Below, piece after piece: positions 10,535-19,488 of a DNA stretch of 64,000 bases. Each line of letters begins with the position of its first letter. Position 1 is the first letter of the stretch. The position numbers and the translations under genes were made by a program. This stretch comes from Chloroflexota bacterium (GTDB lineage Bacteria; Chloroflexota; Dehalococcoidia; DSTF01; JACRBR01): positions 464 to 64,463 of the forward strand of contig JANNPX010000029.1 in assembly GCA_031400455.1 (NCBI GenBank). Reading direction: 5' to 3'. The notes beneath the pieces were generated by a model, which had not been told where the DNA came from, searched no databases, and saw only the letters and a list, made by a program, of their open reading frames with translations.

Positions 10535-10957
10535 GAGGGAGGGTTGATCCGCCATCGCAGCGGACCGGGCCGAGGGAGACTTAGGGACCGGCGTCTCGCC
10601 GTGGCACCGCGTGCCGTTGGGCGCCCGTCGCGAACCGGGAGAACATCGCGAAGCGGGATGGTTGCGGCGCCGTTGGAGGACGCTGCGTTGCCGGTCGGAG
10701 ATCCGCCGAAGCGGAACTCTGAGCACTGCGCTGAGGGCTGCGTACCCGGAAGGTCCGCTTGCTCACTCGCTCCAGCCGTACGCCGTTGCTCATGGGTGCA
10801 GAGTAGGCGGGCGTCGTTATTGGCGGATGAACGGAGGTTATCGGGAGGTTAAACCTGCGGTAGCGTTATAGCCTCGTAGCTATGCCCCTGAACGTAGACG
10901 GGCGAGTTAACGACGATTCGACGTAGCTCGTTGCAAAACTCGGTCTCCAAAGTTGGT

Positions 10958-11407
10958 CTAAGGCCCGGTGTTCGAGCCGGGGCATTTCGAGCTGTCAACA
11001 TGAAACTGCTGCTGGAAGGCGCTGCACCACTCGGCCCATTTGTTGTTATAGACGCCTGCCGCAGCCAGCACGGCGTCATCGGTTCTACAGATGTCTCTTG
11101 CCTCGGCAAAACGATCCGCCGTGGTAGCCAGTTGGTTGCCAAGTTGTACGTGTAGCTCGGCGATTTCCGGTGGTGCCGTAACCTTGAGCCACGTTCGGGC
11201 AGCCTCTCGCATGGCTACCACGATCTCGGAGCAAGTGGCCGCCGTCGTATCGAGCTTGGTGCGTGGATCTCCGGCTGATTGTGTCTGTATGGCGTCCACA
11301 TAGCTGGTCGCATTTGAGTGCGATGAGGCACAGCCTGAAACGGCCACTAACAATCCGATGCCTAGCAGAACCGCCCGTGTGAACTTCACAGCAATAGTAT
11401 CGGCCAA
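10958..11407 (-). CDS. Small lipoprotein (lipobox VSGCASS), hypothetical
   Basis: Signal peptide plus lipobox, with several Cys in the mature part. Lower-GC region. The annotated TTG start overlaps the upstream hairpin element, so the true start is probably a few codons in. Confidence 0.5.
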   Translation of the reverse strand: MADTIAVKFTRAVLLGIGLLVAVSGCASSHSNATSYVDAIQTQSAGDPRTKLDTTAATCSEIVVAMREAARTWLKVTAPPEIAELHVQLGNQLATTADRFAEARDICRTDDAVLAAAGVYNNKWAEWCSAFQQQFHVDSSKCPGSNTGP

Positions 11408-11440
11408 AAGCCCCCCTATTCGGGGGCCTCGTCGGTATCA
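11401..11440 (-). repeat. Copy 1 of a ~35-nt hairpin element (GAGGCCCCCGAATAGGGGGC-TTTTGGCCGATAC on the gene strand)
   Basis: cggccaaaagcccccctattcgggggcctcgtcggtatca. The stem is GCCCCC/GGGGGC. Confidence 0.6.
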
Positions 11441-11465
11441 GTGCTGGTAGCCCGTCGCGCAACTC

Positions 11466-11837
11466 CTAACGGAATTCCCCCGCCGTACAACTGGCGCCGG
11501 TTTCGGTTACAACAACAGGCTGGTCGCGCTTTACTCTGTCCCAATTGCAATCGACACTGGTGCTATCGCTTCTTATGATGGCGAAACGATGGCCGGAGAA
11601 CCACCACCGGCACCAGCGCGGCAGTGTAAAGCTCCCGGCCGAATGGGCGCCGATCTCGTCTAGGCAGTCCGCCTCGCTGCCGGTGAAACCGACGGATACG
11701 CTGTGACTGGATTCATTGCGAATCGCAGCCTTCTCTACCGTCACATGGGTCCACCAGGTGCAGACGCCAACCGCGCAAGTGGCGGCGAACAACATCGCCG
11801 CGAAGGCAACTGGCTTGGGCTTTAGGAATCTTGGCAC
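11466..11837 (-). CDS. Small secreted/membrane-anchored 4-Cys protein, paralog A
   Basis: 123 aa with an N-terminal TM/signal. Shares the motifs DCxWD and VVVTETGASC with the divergent gene at 12028 (DCDWD, IVVTDSGPDC). GTG start. Confidence 0.5.
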   Translation of the reverse strand: MPRFLKPKPVAFAAMLFAATCAVGVCTWWTHVTVEKAAIRNESSHSVSVGFTGSEADCLDEIGAHSAGSFTLPRWCRWWFSGHRFAIIRSDSTSVDCNWDRVKRDQPVVVTETGASCTAGEFR

Positions 11838-11871
11838 ACCCCGATTATCGGCCTTGCCACGCGAAACTTCT

Positions 11872-11917
11872 ATCGGCCACCTGCCCTATTCGGGGGCTCG
11901 TCGTCGGCTCGGCCGGT
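11872..11917 (-). repeat. Copy 2 of the hairpin element
   Basis: tatcggccacctgccctattcgggggctcgtcgtcgg, about 35 nt upstream of the paralog A start. Confidence 0.5.
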
Positions 11918-11988
11918 TAATGCCGCCTCTACGACGCCCAAGGCACAGCGAAACGAAGCTAGCCAGCCGTTTCCCCGTTCCTAGCTTC

Positions 11989-12025
11989 GAGGCCCCCGAG
12001 TAGGGGGCCTTTGGCCGATACTAAG
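11989..12025 (+). repeat. Copy 3 of the hairpin element (opposite orientation, matching the plus-strand gene)
   Basis: cgaggcccccgagtagggggcctttggccgatactaaggc, with a 7-bp perfect stem, immediately before the ATG at 12028. Confidence 0.6.
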
Positions 12026-12027
12026 GC

Positions 12028-12396
12028 ATGACACGATCGGCGCAGGTCGGGTTCGCCGTCATAGTTACCATGCTGGTGGCGGGTGCCGCGCTTCTTCTCT
12101 GGACAGACATCTGGAGAACTAAAACCACTCTCACGATCGAGAATCGAAGCGCCCAAGTCATCAAAGTCGGAATTGGCGACGATGGGATCGGCTGCTGGGA
12201 CAATGAAACAGTTCCCGCCAACACCACTACGCAGGTGACTCTGAAGCTTCATGGTCAGCATATTTTATGCCTTGGCGACGGCATCTATCGTCTGAGCATA
12301 GAGACCGCAAGCGGCCCCCATGATTGCGACTGGGATGCACTTGGCTCTGATCGGACGATCGTTGTCACCGATTCCGGTCCCGACTGTCCGACCTAG
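12028..12396 (+). CDS. Small secreted/membrane-anchored 4-Cys protein, paralog B
   Basis: 122 aa with an N-terminal TM. Paralogous to 11466..11837 (same length, same Cys spacing). Confidence 0.5.
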   Translation: MTRSAQVGFAVIVTMLVAGAALLLWTDIWRTKTTLTIENRSAQVIKVGIGDDGIGCWDNETVPANTTTQVTLKLHGQHILCLGDGIYRLSIETASGPHDCDWDALGSDRTIVVTDSGPDCPT

Positions 12397-12560
12397 GAGT
12401 TTCGCAATGGGCTAAGTAGGACGTTACCTGTTACCGGGTTGCTCGTGACTGGCGTCGGGGCGCGCAGGGGAGAGGCCAACAACGAACCCCTCCCCGCGCT
12501 GCAGGGAGACGGTCGGGCGCACGACGCAGGACACCACTGGAGAACACCGAGGGCGTCGCT

Positions 12561-13505
12561 CTAGATCCGGTCGGTGTTCCAGAAGTGCAGCGGCTCTTCC
12601 TTGAATGCGACCCCGATTGCCGGATCGTCGCCGAAGACCAGCACCATCATCGGATAGCGGAACGTCGGCTGCTCGACGGTCGCAGGCAGGGTGCGGAGAG
12701 CCGTCGATAGCGGGTGATCGTCGGGCGAGAGCGCGACGATGCTTTCGCCGTGCGACTGGGCGCGGCGGCCGGTTGCCGCGAGCAGCGACGCGATGGCCCC
12801 CTGGTGGCCGGGGAGGCATTCGGCTTCGAGGATCTGGTGGCCGTATGGGCGGCAGCGCGAGCGGAGGTAGGCGACGGGGAGGCCGGTGCGTTCGGCGATG
12901 AAGCGTCCGTCCGCGTCTTCGTCGAGCCAGTGGCGCGCGTCTCGCAAGGTGCGGAGCGTCTGCACGACGGCGCCCGTCGTGCCGGCGATTGCGCGGGTGC
13001 GGATCCGGATGATCGCGCGATCGTCCGCTGCGGTCATCGGGCGGATGTCGTAGAGACTAGGCTCCGCGATGGCGGCGGCTTCGCTCGCGTCGGCCTCGAA
13101 ATACGGTTCGCGCACGGTGCGATAGCCGAGGCGCTCGTAGAAGGCGGGGATGCCGGTGAAGAGGAACGAGATCGTCATGCCTTCTCGGCGCAGCTGCTCG
13201 ATGGCGTCACGCATGAGTGCGGTGGCGATGCCGGAGTGACGCGCGTCCGCGTGCGTGGCGACGGAGCCGATGCCGCCGGCGGCAAGCGGTACGCCGCGGA
13301 CGAGCATCGTGCGGGCGAAGATGCGCACGTAGCCGGCGACGCGGCCGTCGACGATGGCGACACGCGCGTGGCGGAGGCGGAACGTCGAGTCGCGTTCCGT
13401 CTGGTTGACGAACATCTGGGGCGCGGCTTCGTCGAAGGCGAGCGCGAGCAGGTCGCAGACTTCGGGCAGCTCGGACTTGCGGGCGGCGCGGATTGTGGGA
13501 TTCAC
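12561..13505 (-). CDS. GNAT-family N-acetyltransferase (Eis-like)
   Basis: An acetyl-CoA-binding core (...RVAGYVRIF...VATHADARHSGIATALMRDAIEQ...) plus a C-terminal extension. GTG start. Confidence 0.6.
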   Translation of the reverse strand: MNPTIRAARKSELPEVCDLLALAFDEAAPQMFVNQTERDSTFRLRHARVAIVDGRVAGYVRIFARTMLVRGVPLAAGGIGSVATHADARHSGIATALMRDAIEQLRREGMTISFLFTGIPAFYERLGYRTVREPYFEADASEAAAIAEPSLYDIRPMTAADDRAIIRIRTRAIAGTTGAVVQTLRTLRDARHWLDEDADGRFIAERTGLPVAYLRSRCRPYGHQILEAECLPGHQGAIASLLAATGRRAQSHGESIVALSPDDHPLSTALRTLPATVEQPTFRYPMMVLVFGDDPAIGVAFKEEPLHFWNTDRI

Positions 13506-13789
13506 GCTGGGAATGCTACGGGAATCGTCGGTGGGGCGGTGCTGGTGACCTCACCCCGACCCTCTCCGCCCGGCGGAGAGGGAGGACGGCTGGGGAGAGC
13601 GGGAGGGCGCACTTGACGCGGGCGGGGCGCTGTACTTATGATCGTGGTACGACTTGAGTAGATGACCTGGCGGTCATACTTGCTGGCGGTTCAAGCCAGT
13701 CGCCGGGCCGAAGTGTGCGCAGATCTGCGTGCTCGCGGCGCGGCTTTTTTCTCGCCCGCGCGCTACGGTTCGATTCTGGTAACGGAACG

Positions 13790-14998
13790 ATGATCGCTAC
13801 GACGACGACACGCAGCATCGCCGATGTGCTGGAGCGCGCGCTTGCAGGCGAGCGCCTGATGGCGGACGACGGCTATCGGCTGATCCACGCCGACGCGACC
13901 GACCTCTCGTCGATGATGGCGGCGGCGTCGGAGCTGCGCGACCGCGGGCACGGGCGCGTCGTCACGTACTCGCGCAAAGTCTTCATTCCGCTGACGAATC
14001 TGTGCCGGCAGAAGTGCGGCTACTGTACGTTCGCGCGCGGACCGCGTGATCCGATCGCGCACACGATGTCGCCGGACGAAGTGCTGGCCGTCGCTCGTGC
14101 GGGTGCACGGCAGGGGTGCAAGGAAGCGCTGTTCTCGCTGGGCGAGCGGCCGGAAGAGATCTACGAGAACGTCCGCGCCGACCTGGCGGGGTTCGGGCAC
14201 GCGACGACATCGTCGTACCTGCGCGAGATGGCGGAGCTGGTGCTGCGCGAGACGGGGCTGCAGCCGCACATCAACCAGGGGCTGATGGAGCGCGACGAGT
14301 TGGTGTCGCTGCGCGAAGTCAGCGCGTCGATGGGCATGATGCTCGAAACGGTGTCGCTGCGGCTGCACGAGAAGGGCGGCGCGCACTGGAACTGCCCGGG
14401 GAAGATCCCCGAGGAGCGGTTGCGCACGATGCGCATGGCCGGCGAGGAGAAGATCGCCTGGACGACGGGCATTCTCATCGGCATCGGCGAGACGCGCGAG
14501 GAGCGGGTCGACTCGCTGGTCGCGATCCGTGATCTGCACGACGAGCATCGGCAGATCCAGGAAGTGATCGTGCAGAACTTCCGCGTCAAGGAAGATATCG
14601 CCATGCGCCACCGCGACGAGCCAAGCGTCTTCGAGATGCTGCGCACGATCGCGACGGCGCGGCTGATCCTCGGGCCGCAGATGAACATCCAGGCGCCGCC
14701 GAACCTGACACCGGACGCGCATGGGATGTACTTGCTTGCTGGCATCAACGACTGGGGCGGCATCTCGCCCGTGACGCGCGATCACATCAACCCGGAGCGC
14801 CCGTGGCCGAACCTGCTCGAGCTCAAGGAGATGTGCGCGGATGCGGGCTTCGAGCTGCGCGAGCGGCTGGGGCTGTACCCGGAGTACGTGCGCGAGGATG
14901 CGGGATACGAAGGCTTCATCTCGGACGGCGTGCGCGCGCAGATCGAGCGGCTTGCTGACAGCGACGGGCTGGTGAAGCGCGAGGAAGAACGATGGTGA
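13790..14998 (+). CDS. cofG: Radical-SAM FO synthase subunit CofG-like (7,8-didemethyl-8-hydroxy-5-deazariboflavin synthase)
   Basis: VTYSRKVFIPLTNLCRQKCGYCTFA matches the CxxxCxYC motif of CofG and the FbiC N-terminal domain. Adjacent to a CofH-like gene. Confidence 0.65.
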   Translation: MIATTTTRSIADVLERALAGERLMADDGYRLIHADATDLSSMMAAASELRDRGHGRVVTYSRKVFIPLTNLCRQKCGYCTFARGPRDPIAHTMSPDEVLAVARAGARQGCKEALFSLGERPEEIYENVRADLAGFGHATTSSYLREMAELVLRETGLQPHINQGLMERDELVSLREVSASMGMMLETVSLRLHEKGGAHWNCPGKIPEERLRTMRMAGEEKIAWTTGILIGIGETREERVDSLVAIRDLHDEHRQIQEVIVQNFRVKEDIAMRHRDEPSVFEMLRTIATARLILGPQMNIQAPPNLTPDAHGMYLLAGINDWGGISPVTRDHINPERPWPNLLELKEMCADAGFELRERLGLYPEYVREDAGYEGFISDGVRAQIERLADSDGLVKREEERW

Positions 14999-15088
14999 TG
15001 AGGCCTCACCCCGGCCTTCGGCTCAGATGGGAATCTTGTTCGAATAGCGGCGGCCCGCGCACACGTTAATTGCGAAAGTGACACGACG

Positions 15089-16441
15089 ATGACAACTAAC
15101 ACGAACGGACACCACAACGACGCGAGCGTGCGGGCGCTTGTCGACGGCACGAAATCGGGTGATCGTGTGGAGTGGTCGCGGCCGCTTCGGGTCGAGCGGG
15201 ACGTGGCGCGGATATTGGATCGCGCGCTGGACGGCGACGATATCAGCGTCGATGACGCTGTCGTGCTGTTCGGGACGCACGGGCCTTCGCTGACGGCGAC
15301 GATACAGGCGGCGGACGAGCTGCGGCGGCGGACGGTCGGTGATGTTGTCACGTACGTGCTCAACCGGAACATCAACTTCACGAACGTCTGCATCAAGCAC
15401 TGCGGCTTCTGCGCCTTCTCGCGCGACCATCGCGAGGAGGAGGGGTACTTCCTGCCGATGCACGAGGTCGTGCGGCGCGCGCGGGAGGCGTACGACCTGG
15501 GCGCGCGCGAGGTGTGCGTGCAGGCGGGGCTGCCGCCGAAGATGGACGGCTACTACTACGTCGAGCTGACGAAGGCGATCAAGGCCGACATGCCGGACAT
15601 GCACATCCACGGCTTCTCGCCCGAGGAGGTGCTGTACGGCTCCATCCGCGCGAAGTGCTCGATCGAGGAGTATCTGCTCGCGCTGAAGGATGCCGGCGTC
15701 GGCAGCCTGCCGGGCACGTCGGCGGAGATCCTGGACCAGGAGATCCGCGACAAGATCTCGGTGGGGCGGATCACGAAGGATCAGTGGATCGATGTCGTGA
15801 CGACTGCGCACCGCGTCGGCATCCGCACGACGTCGACGATCATGTACGGGCACATCGAGACGCCGCGGCACGTGGCGGCGCACATCGGACTGCTGCGCGA
15901 CATCCAGAAGGACACCGGCGGCTTCACGGAGTTCGTGCCGCTGAGCTTCATCGCATCGGAATCGCCGATGTACAGCAAGAACCTCGTCGAGGGACTGCGT
16001 GCGGGCGCGACCGGCGCGGAAGTGATCAAGATGTACGCCGTGTCCCGCATCATGCTGAACAACTGGATCCCGAACCTGCAGGCGTCGTGGGTGAAGGAGG
16101 GGCCGAAGCTCGCGCAGATGGCGCTGGACGCCGGCTGCAACGACTTCATGGGCACGCTGATCAACGAAAGCATCAGCACGTCGGCCGGCGCGATCTACGG
16201 GCAGCGCATGGCGCCGCGCGAGATGCGCGCGCTGATCCGCGAGATGGGGAGAATTCCCGCCGAGCGCGACACGCTGTACGGCATCAAGCGGCAGTTCGGC
16301 ATCGAGCCGGACGACCACTACGACCCGCTCGACCTTGCGGACGGCACGGACGAACGCTTTGGCAGCTACATCAAGCTAACGCACGACGCGAACTTCAAGT
16401 TCGCGGAGCAGTACCAGCGTGCGGAGCCGGTGGCGGGGTAG
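15089..16441 (+). CDS. cofH: Radical-SAM FO synthase subunit CofH-like
   Basis: NRNINFTNVCIKHCGFCAFSRDH (CxxxCxFC). It could instead be MqnC/MqnE, which are homologous. The pairing with a CofG-like gene and cofD elsewhere in the window favours F420. Confidence 0.6.
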   Translation: MTTNTNGHHNDASVRALVDGTKSGDRVEWSRPLRVERDVARILDRALDGDDISVDDAVVLFGTHGPSLTATIQAADELRRRTVGDVVTYVLNRNINFTNVCIKHCGFCAFSRDHREEEGYFLPMHEVVRRAREAYDLGAREVCVQAGLPPKMDGYYYVELTKAIKADMPDMHIHGFSPEEVLYGSIRAKCSIEEYLLALKDAGVGSLPGTSAEILDQEIRDKISVGRITKDQWIDVVTTAHRVGIRTTSTIMYGHIETPRHVAAHIGLLRDIQKDTGGFTEFVPLSFIASESPMYSKNLVEGLRAGATGAEVIKMYAVSRIMLNNWIPNLQASWVKEGPKLAQMALDAGCNDFMGTLINESISTSAGAIYGQRMAPREMRALIREMGRIPAERDTLYGIKRQFGIEPDDHYDPLDLADGTDERFGSYIKLTHDANFKFAEQYQRAEPVAG

Positions 16442-16455
16442 GACACGAGCCGAGC

Positions 16456-16656
16456 CTACGGCTTCGCCACGGCGTCCAGGAGCTTGCGCGAGGCGTCGGC
16501 GATCTCATCAACCGCATCCTGGAAGGCGGCAGAGTTGCGCTGCGATGGCGTGCGGTAGCCGCTCACCTTGCGGACGAATTGCAGCGCCGCAGCGTGGATC
16601 TCGTCGTCGGTGGCTGGCTCTTCGGCCCTTCGCAGGGTCTTGATGCTTCTACACAT
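16456..16656 (-). CDS. Small conserved protein (DUF2277-like), starting MCRSIKTLRRAEEPATDDEIHAAALQFVRKVSG
   Basis: 66-aa ORF with the sequence pattern I recall for an actinobacterial small-protein family. The true start lies inside the longer 103-aa ORF. Confidence 0.45.
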   Translation of the reverse strand: MCRSIKTLRRAEEPATDDEIHAAALQFVRKVSGYRTPSQRNSAAFQDAVDEIADASRKLLDAVAKP

Positions 16657-16738
16657 GGTGGCTGTTCCGGTCGTCGTCAGGGCGGGGTGTGTGGACTCCA
16701 AGATACCACAGGCGACATAACCACAGCGCTCAACGCGG

Positions 16739-18193
16739 TCATGGCGATAGGGGTACGACGGTCTCACCCGAAGGGATGCCGACGTTCGGCGTCGGTGTAC
16801 GAGTCGGCGTTGGCGTCGCCGTCCGCGTCGGCGTGCGCGTCGCAGTTGCCGTGGCGGTTGGCGATGCTCCGGTCAGTGGAAGGGCGCCTGTGGCGTAGTA
16901 CGCGGCGGCCTTCTGGCGGAAGAAGCCTCCGTCATCGTCGGCGTTTAGCGATGCGAGCGTGTTGCCGTTGATCGGCGCGGGGTTCGTGATGCCGTCGCCC
17001 GCGGCGTCACAGGCGCACGTGGTGCCGGACGCACCGCCGCCGAACATGAAGGCGACGACGCCGGCGTTCACGTAGTCCTGCAGATGCGCTCGCGTCGCAT
17101 CATCGAGGAGCCACTCGACGTGGTTGTCCTGGTAGTGGTTCCATGTGTTGTTCATCGCGCGCATCTTCGTGTTGCCGTACGGGATCTGCCAGACGACGAG
17201 GCGCTTCTGCGCGATTCCGGTGAACGCGGCGTAGTAGCGGACAGTGTGGGCGTAGTCGGCGGCGTCGTACCAGGCGTTCGGATTGCCGTCGATCGCCTGT
17301 TTGAAGCCGGCGTCGCGGTCGAGCTGGTCGACGAACGCGATGTCGAAGTTGGTGCCGAGCGACGTGTAGAAGTTGCCGGAGCGCACGCCAAGCGCGTCGA
17401 CCTGCGCGTCCGTCCACGTGCCATAGATGATGTCGTAGTTCGTACCCCAGACGCTGACGTGATACGCCAGCACGACGTTCGGTGCGTAGGTATCGCGTAG
17501 CTTCTTCACAGCCTGCGCGAATCCCGGGACGGTGTTCGGCAATCCAGCCAACTCGACCATGCCGGTCGCGGCCACCTTCGCCGGCACGGTCGCAGCATTG
17601 TCGTTCGTCGCGCGCTGCTGCATATATCCCCACATGTCGGGCTCGACGTGCAGCACGACCTTGTTGTTCGGGAAGGCGCCCGCGCGCTGGAAGAAGAGCT
17701 TGAGGTCGTTGTAGTACGCCGTCATCGTCGCGGCGTTCTGGAGGTTGTTGTACACGCCGTCCGGCTCGTACTGTGCGTCGCCGGGCGACGACTGGCGGAC
17801 CTGGTAGTAGGTGAAGACCGGCAGGATGTTGTTCGCGACGGAGTCCTGGATGTAGTACGTCGCGAAGGCTCCGTTCGTGTTCCAGTTCGCCCAGCCGTTG
17901 CCGGTGTTGACGCCGCCGGCGAGGTACTGATAGCGGAAGCCGAAGTTCGCTGTGCCCTTCATCGCCGCTGCGCCGCCGGGTGCGTCGGCCATGCCGATCT
18001 GTAGCGTCGCTGGCCATCCTGCCGGCAGTGATGGCAGTGCCACGACGCTCACGCCGGTCGTTGCGATGCGAGGCGGCCTGCGGCGGCGCGCCTCCGACAT
18101 GCCTGTGGTCAGCACGAGCGCCACGCATGCCGCGATCGTGACGACGACCGCGAAACGAAGGTGAAGCCGTACGCCAATGTGGTGATGCTGCAT
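16739..18193 (-). CDS. Secreted protein, probably a TIM-barrel glycoside hydrolase, with a C-terminal Pro/Thr-rich linker
   Basis: Signal peptide MQHHHIGVRLHLRFAVVVTIAACVALVL. Aromatic/Asn-rich catalytic-like motifs (HVEPDMWGYM, WQIPYGNT). C-terminal TATATATRTPTRTATPTPTRTPTPN linker. Family not assigned. Confidence 0.4.
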   Translation of the reverse strand: MQHHHIGVRLHLRFAVVVTIAACVALVLTTGMSEARRRRPPRIATTGVSVVALPSLPAGWPATLQIGMADAPGGAAAMKGTANFGFRYQYLAGGVNTGNGWANWNTNGAFATYYIQDSVANNILPVFTYYQVRQSSPGDAQYEPDGVYNNLQNAATMTAYYNDLKLFFQRAGAFPNNKVVLHVEPDMWGYMQQRATNDNAATVPAKVAATGMVELAGLPNTVPGFAQAVKKLRDTYAPNVVLAYHVSVWGTNYDIIYGTWTDAQVDALGVRSGNFYTSLGTNFDIAFVDQLDRDAGFKQAIDGNPNAWYDAADYAHTVRYYAAFTGIAQKRLVVWQIPYGNTKMRAMNNTWNHYQDNHVEWLLDDATRAHLQDYVNAGVVAFMFGGGASGTTCACDAAGDGITNPAPINGNTLASLNADDDGGFFRQKAAAYYATGALPLTGASPTATATATRTPTRTATPTPTRTPTPNVGIPSGETVVPLSP

Positions 18194-18306
18194 GATGAAC
18201 GTCGCGTTGCCGCGACGGAATCCCCTCACACGAGCGCGCGCCGCGAGCAGGTGCCGCGCTCCACCGACCCTGATCGAAGCATCGGCTGGGCAGGCGGGAT
18301 CTGTCG

Positions 18307-18615
18307 CTAGGCGGGGACTGCGGCTTCGATGCAGGTGACGCCGTCCGGCCCGACGACGGCGGCGTGCGCCGTGTTGGGCGCGATGTCGAGCCGGTCTCCG
18401 GGGCGGAGCTTGATCGACTCGGCGGAAGCGACCAGCTGGAATGTGATCGAGCCGCTGAGGCAGAACAGCACCTTGTGGTACGTGTGGGCGTGCTCGGCGT
18501 AGGCGTCGCCTGGTGCGTTCGACCAGCGCGCCGGCCTCAATCCGTCGCGCGCGAACGCGTCTGCGATCTCGGCAGCATCGACGGGTGCGGTTGCTCGTGT
18601 GAGCGTGGCGGCCAT
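18307..18615 (-). CDS. Cupin-domain protein
   Basis: ...AYAEHAHTYHKVLFCLSGSITFQ...PGDRLDIAPNTAHAAV fits the cupin two-His motifs. The true start is MAATLTRATAP. Confidence 0.55.
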   Translation of the reverse strand: MAATLTRATAPVDAAEIADAFARDGLRPARWSNAPGDAYAEHAHTYHKVLFCLSGSITFQLVASAESIKLRPGDRLDIAPNTAHAAVVGPDGVTCIEAAVPA

Positions 18616-18927
18616 GCGGTGAGTGTATGCCGTGCCAGGAGCGGATTGCGCGTTAGCGGGCCTCGCCCGTGTCAAGGAGGATGCCCGTGGCGAGCGCGAT
18701 GCGCCGGTCGAGCCGGCGATCCGGATCGGCGGTGAGGTCCAGCTTGTACTTGTCGCCAAAGCTGAGCTTGCGGTTGAACGTGCCGACCTGCTGCTCCACG
18801 CCGGAGTCATCGACGACGTGCAGATGGAAGTTTGTGCGGACGAGTCCGACAACGATCGAAACGAACGGCACGAACTCGAGGATGCGCCGAAACGCCGCGA
18901 TGACTGCGGTGTCCTCCCGCGCTCCTG

Positions 18928-19287
18928 CTATGGCTTTCGGCTGGGGTCCGCGATGGCCCACGCGCGGCGAAGCCACGAGCGGATGTTGTCTCGATCGAAC
19001 GCGGCAAGCGTTTCGCCGGAGGCTTCGTCGATCAGCGTGTAGATGCGGTGTAGCGCGGCGTACCCGTGCTCCTGCCGGATCCTGAGCAGGGCACGGCTCT
19101 TCGTGTCGTCGTCATAGATGATGACGTCGGCCTTGCGAAGCGGCTTCACGGGGCGCTCGACGTAGAACAGCGGCGCGCCCGCTTCGTCGAAGACGTAGTA
19201 CTTCGACGTCATCCACGCGCGGTGCTTCTGCTTGACCATGAACGTGTCGCGGTGGAGCTTTGTGCTGTCGAGCGCGGAGTCTTCCAT
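18928..19287 (-). CDS. Hypothetical protein (possible LURP-one/DUF567-like fold)
   Basis: MEDSALDSTKLHRDTFMVKQKHRAWMTSKYYVFDEAGAPLFYVERP... The start is uncertain and could extend upstream. Confidence 0.3.
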   Translation of the reverse strand: MEDSALDSTKLHRDTFMVKQKHRAWMTSKYYVFDEAGAPLFYVERPVKPLRKADVIIYDDDTKSRALLRIRQEHGYAALHRIYTLIDEASGETLAAFDRDNIRSWLRRAWAIADPSRKP

Positions 19288-19488
19288 GAATGGAGTATTG
19301 CCGGGCGCGGAGTGAGCCGCCACTGGCCGTGGGCAGCAGTGTGGCTGGGCGACGGGTGGCTCTGACACGGCTGAAAGCCCGCGCTCGATTGTCGGCGCTC
19401 CTATCTCCGGCCCGTATGGCCCTTGTTCGCGGTCTTGCCACGTGGCAGATTTGCGCTGTGCTATATTGGCAAACGAGGCTGGTACACC

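Noticed and set aside
13763-16318. Long minus-strand ORFs (340 aa, 431 aa) antisense to cofG and cofH
   Set aside because: Antisense artefacts of high-GC coding sequence.
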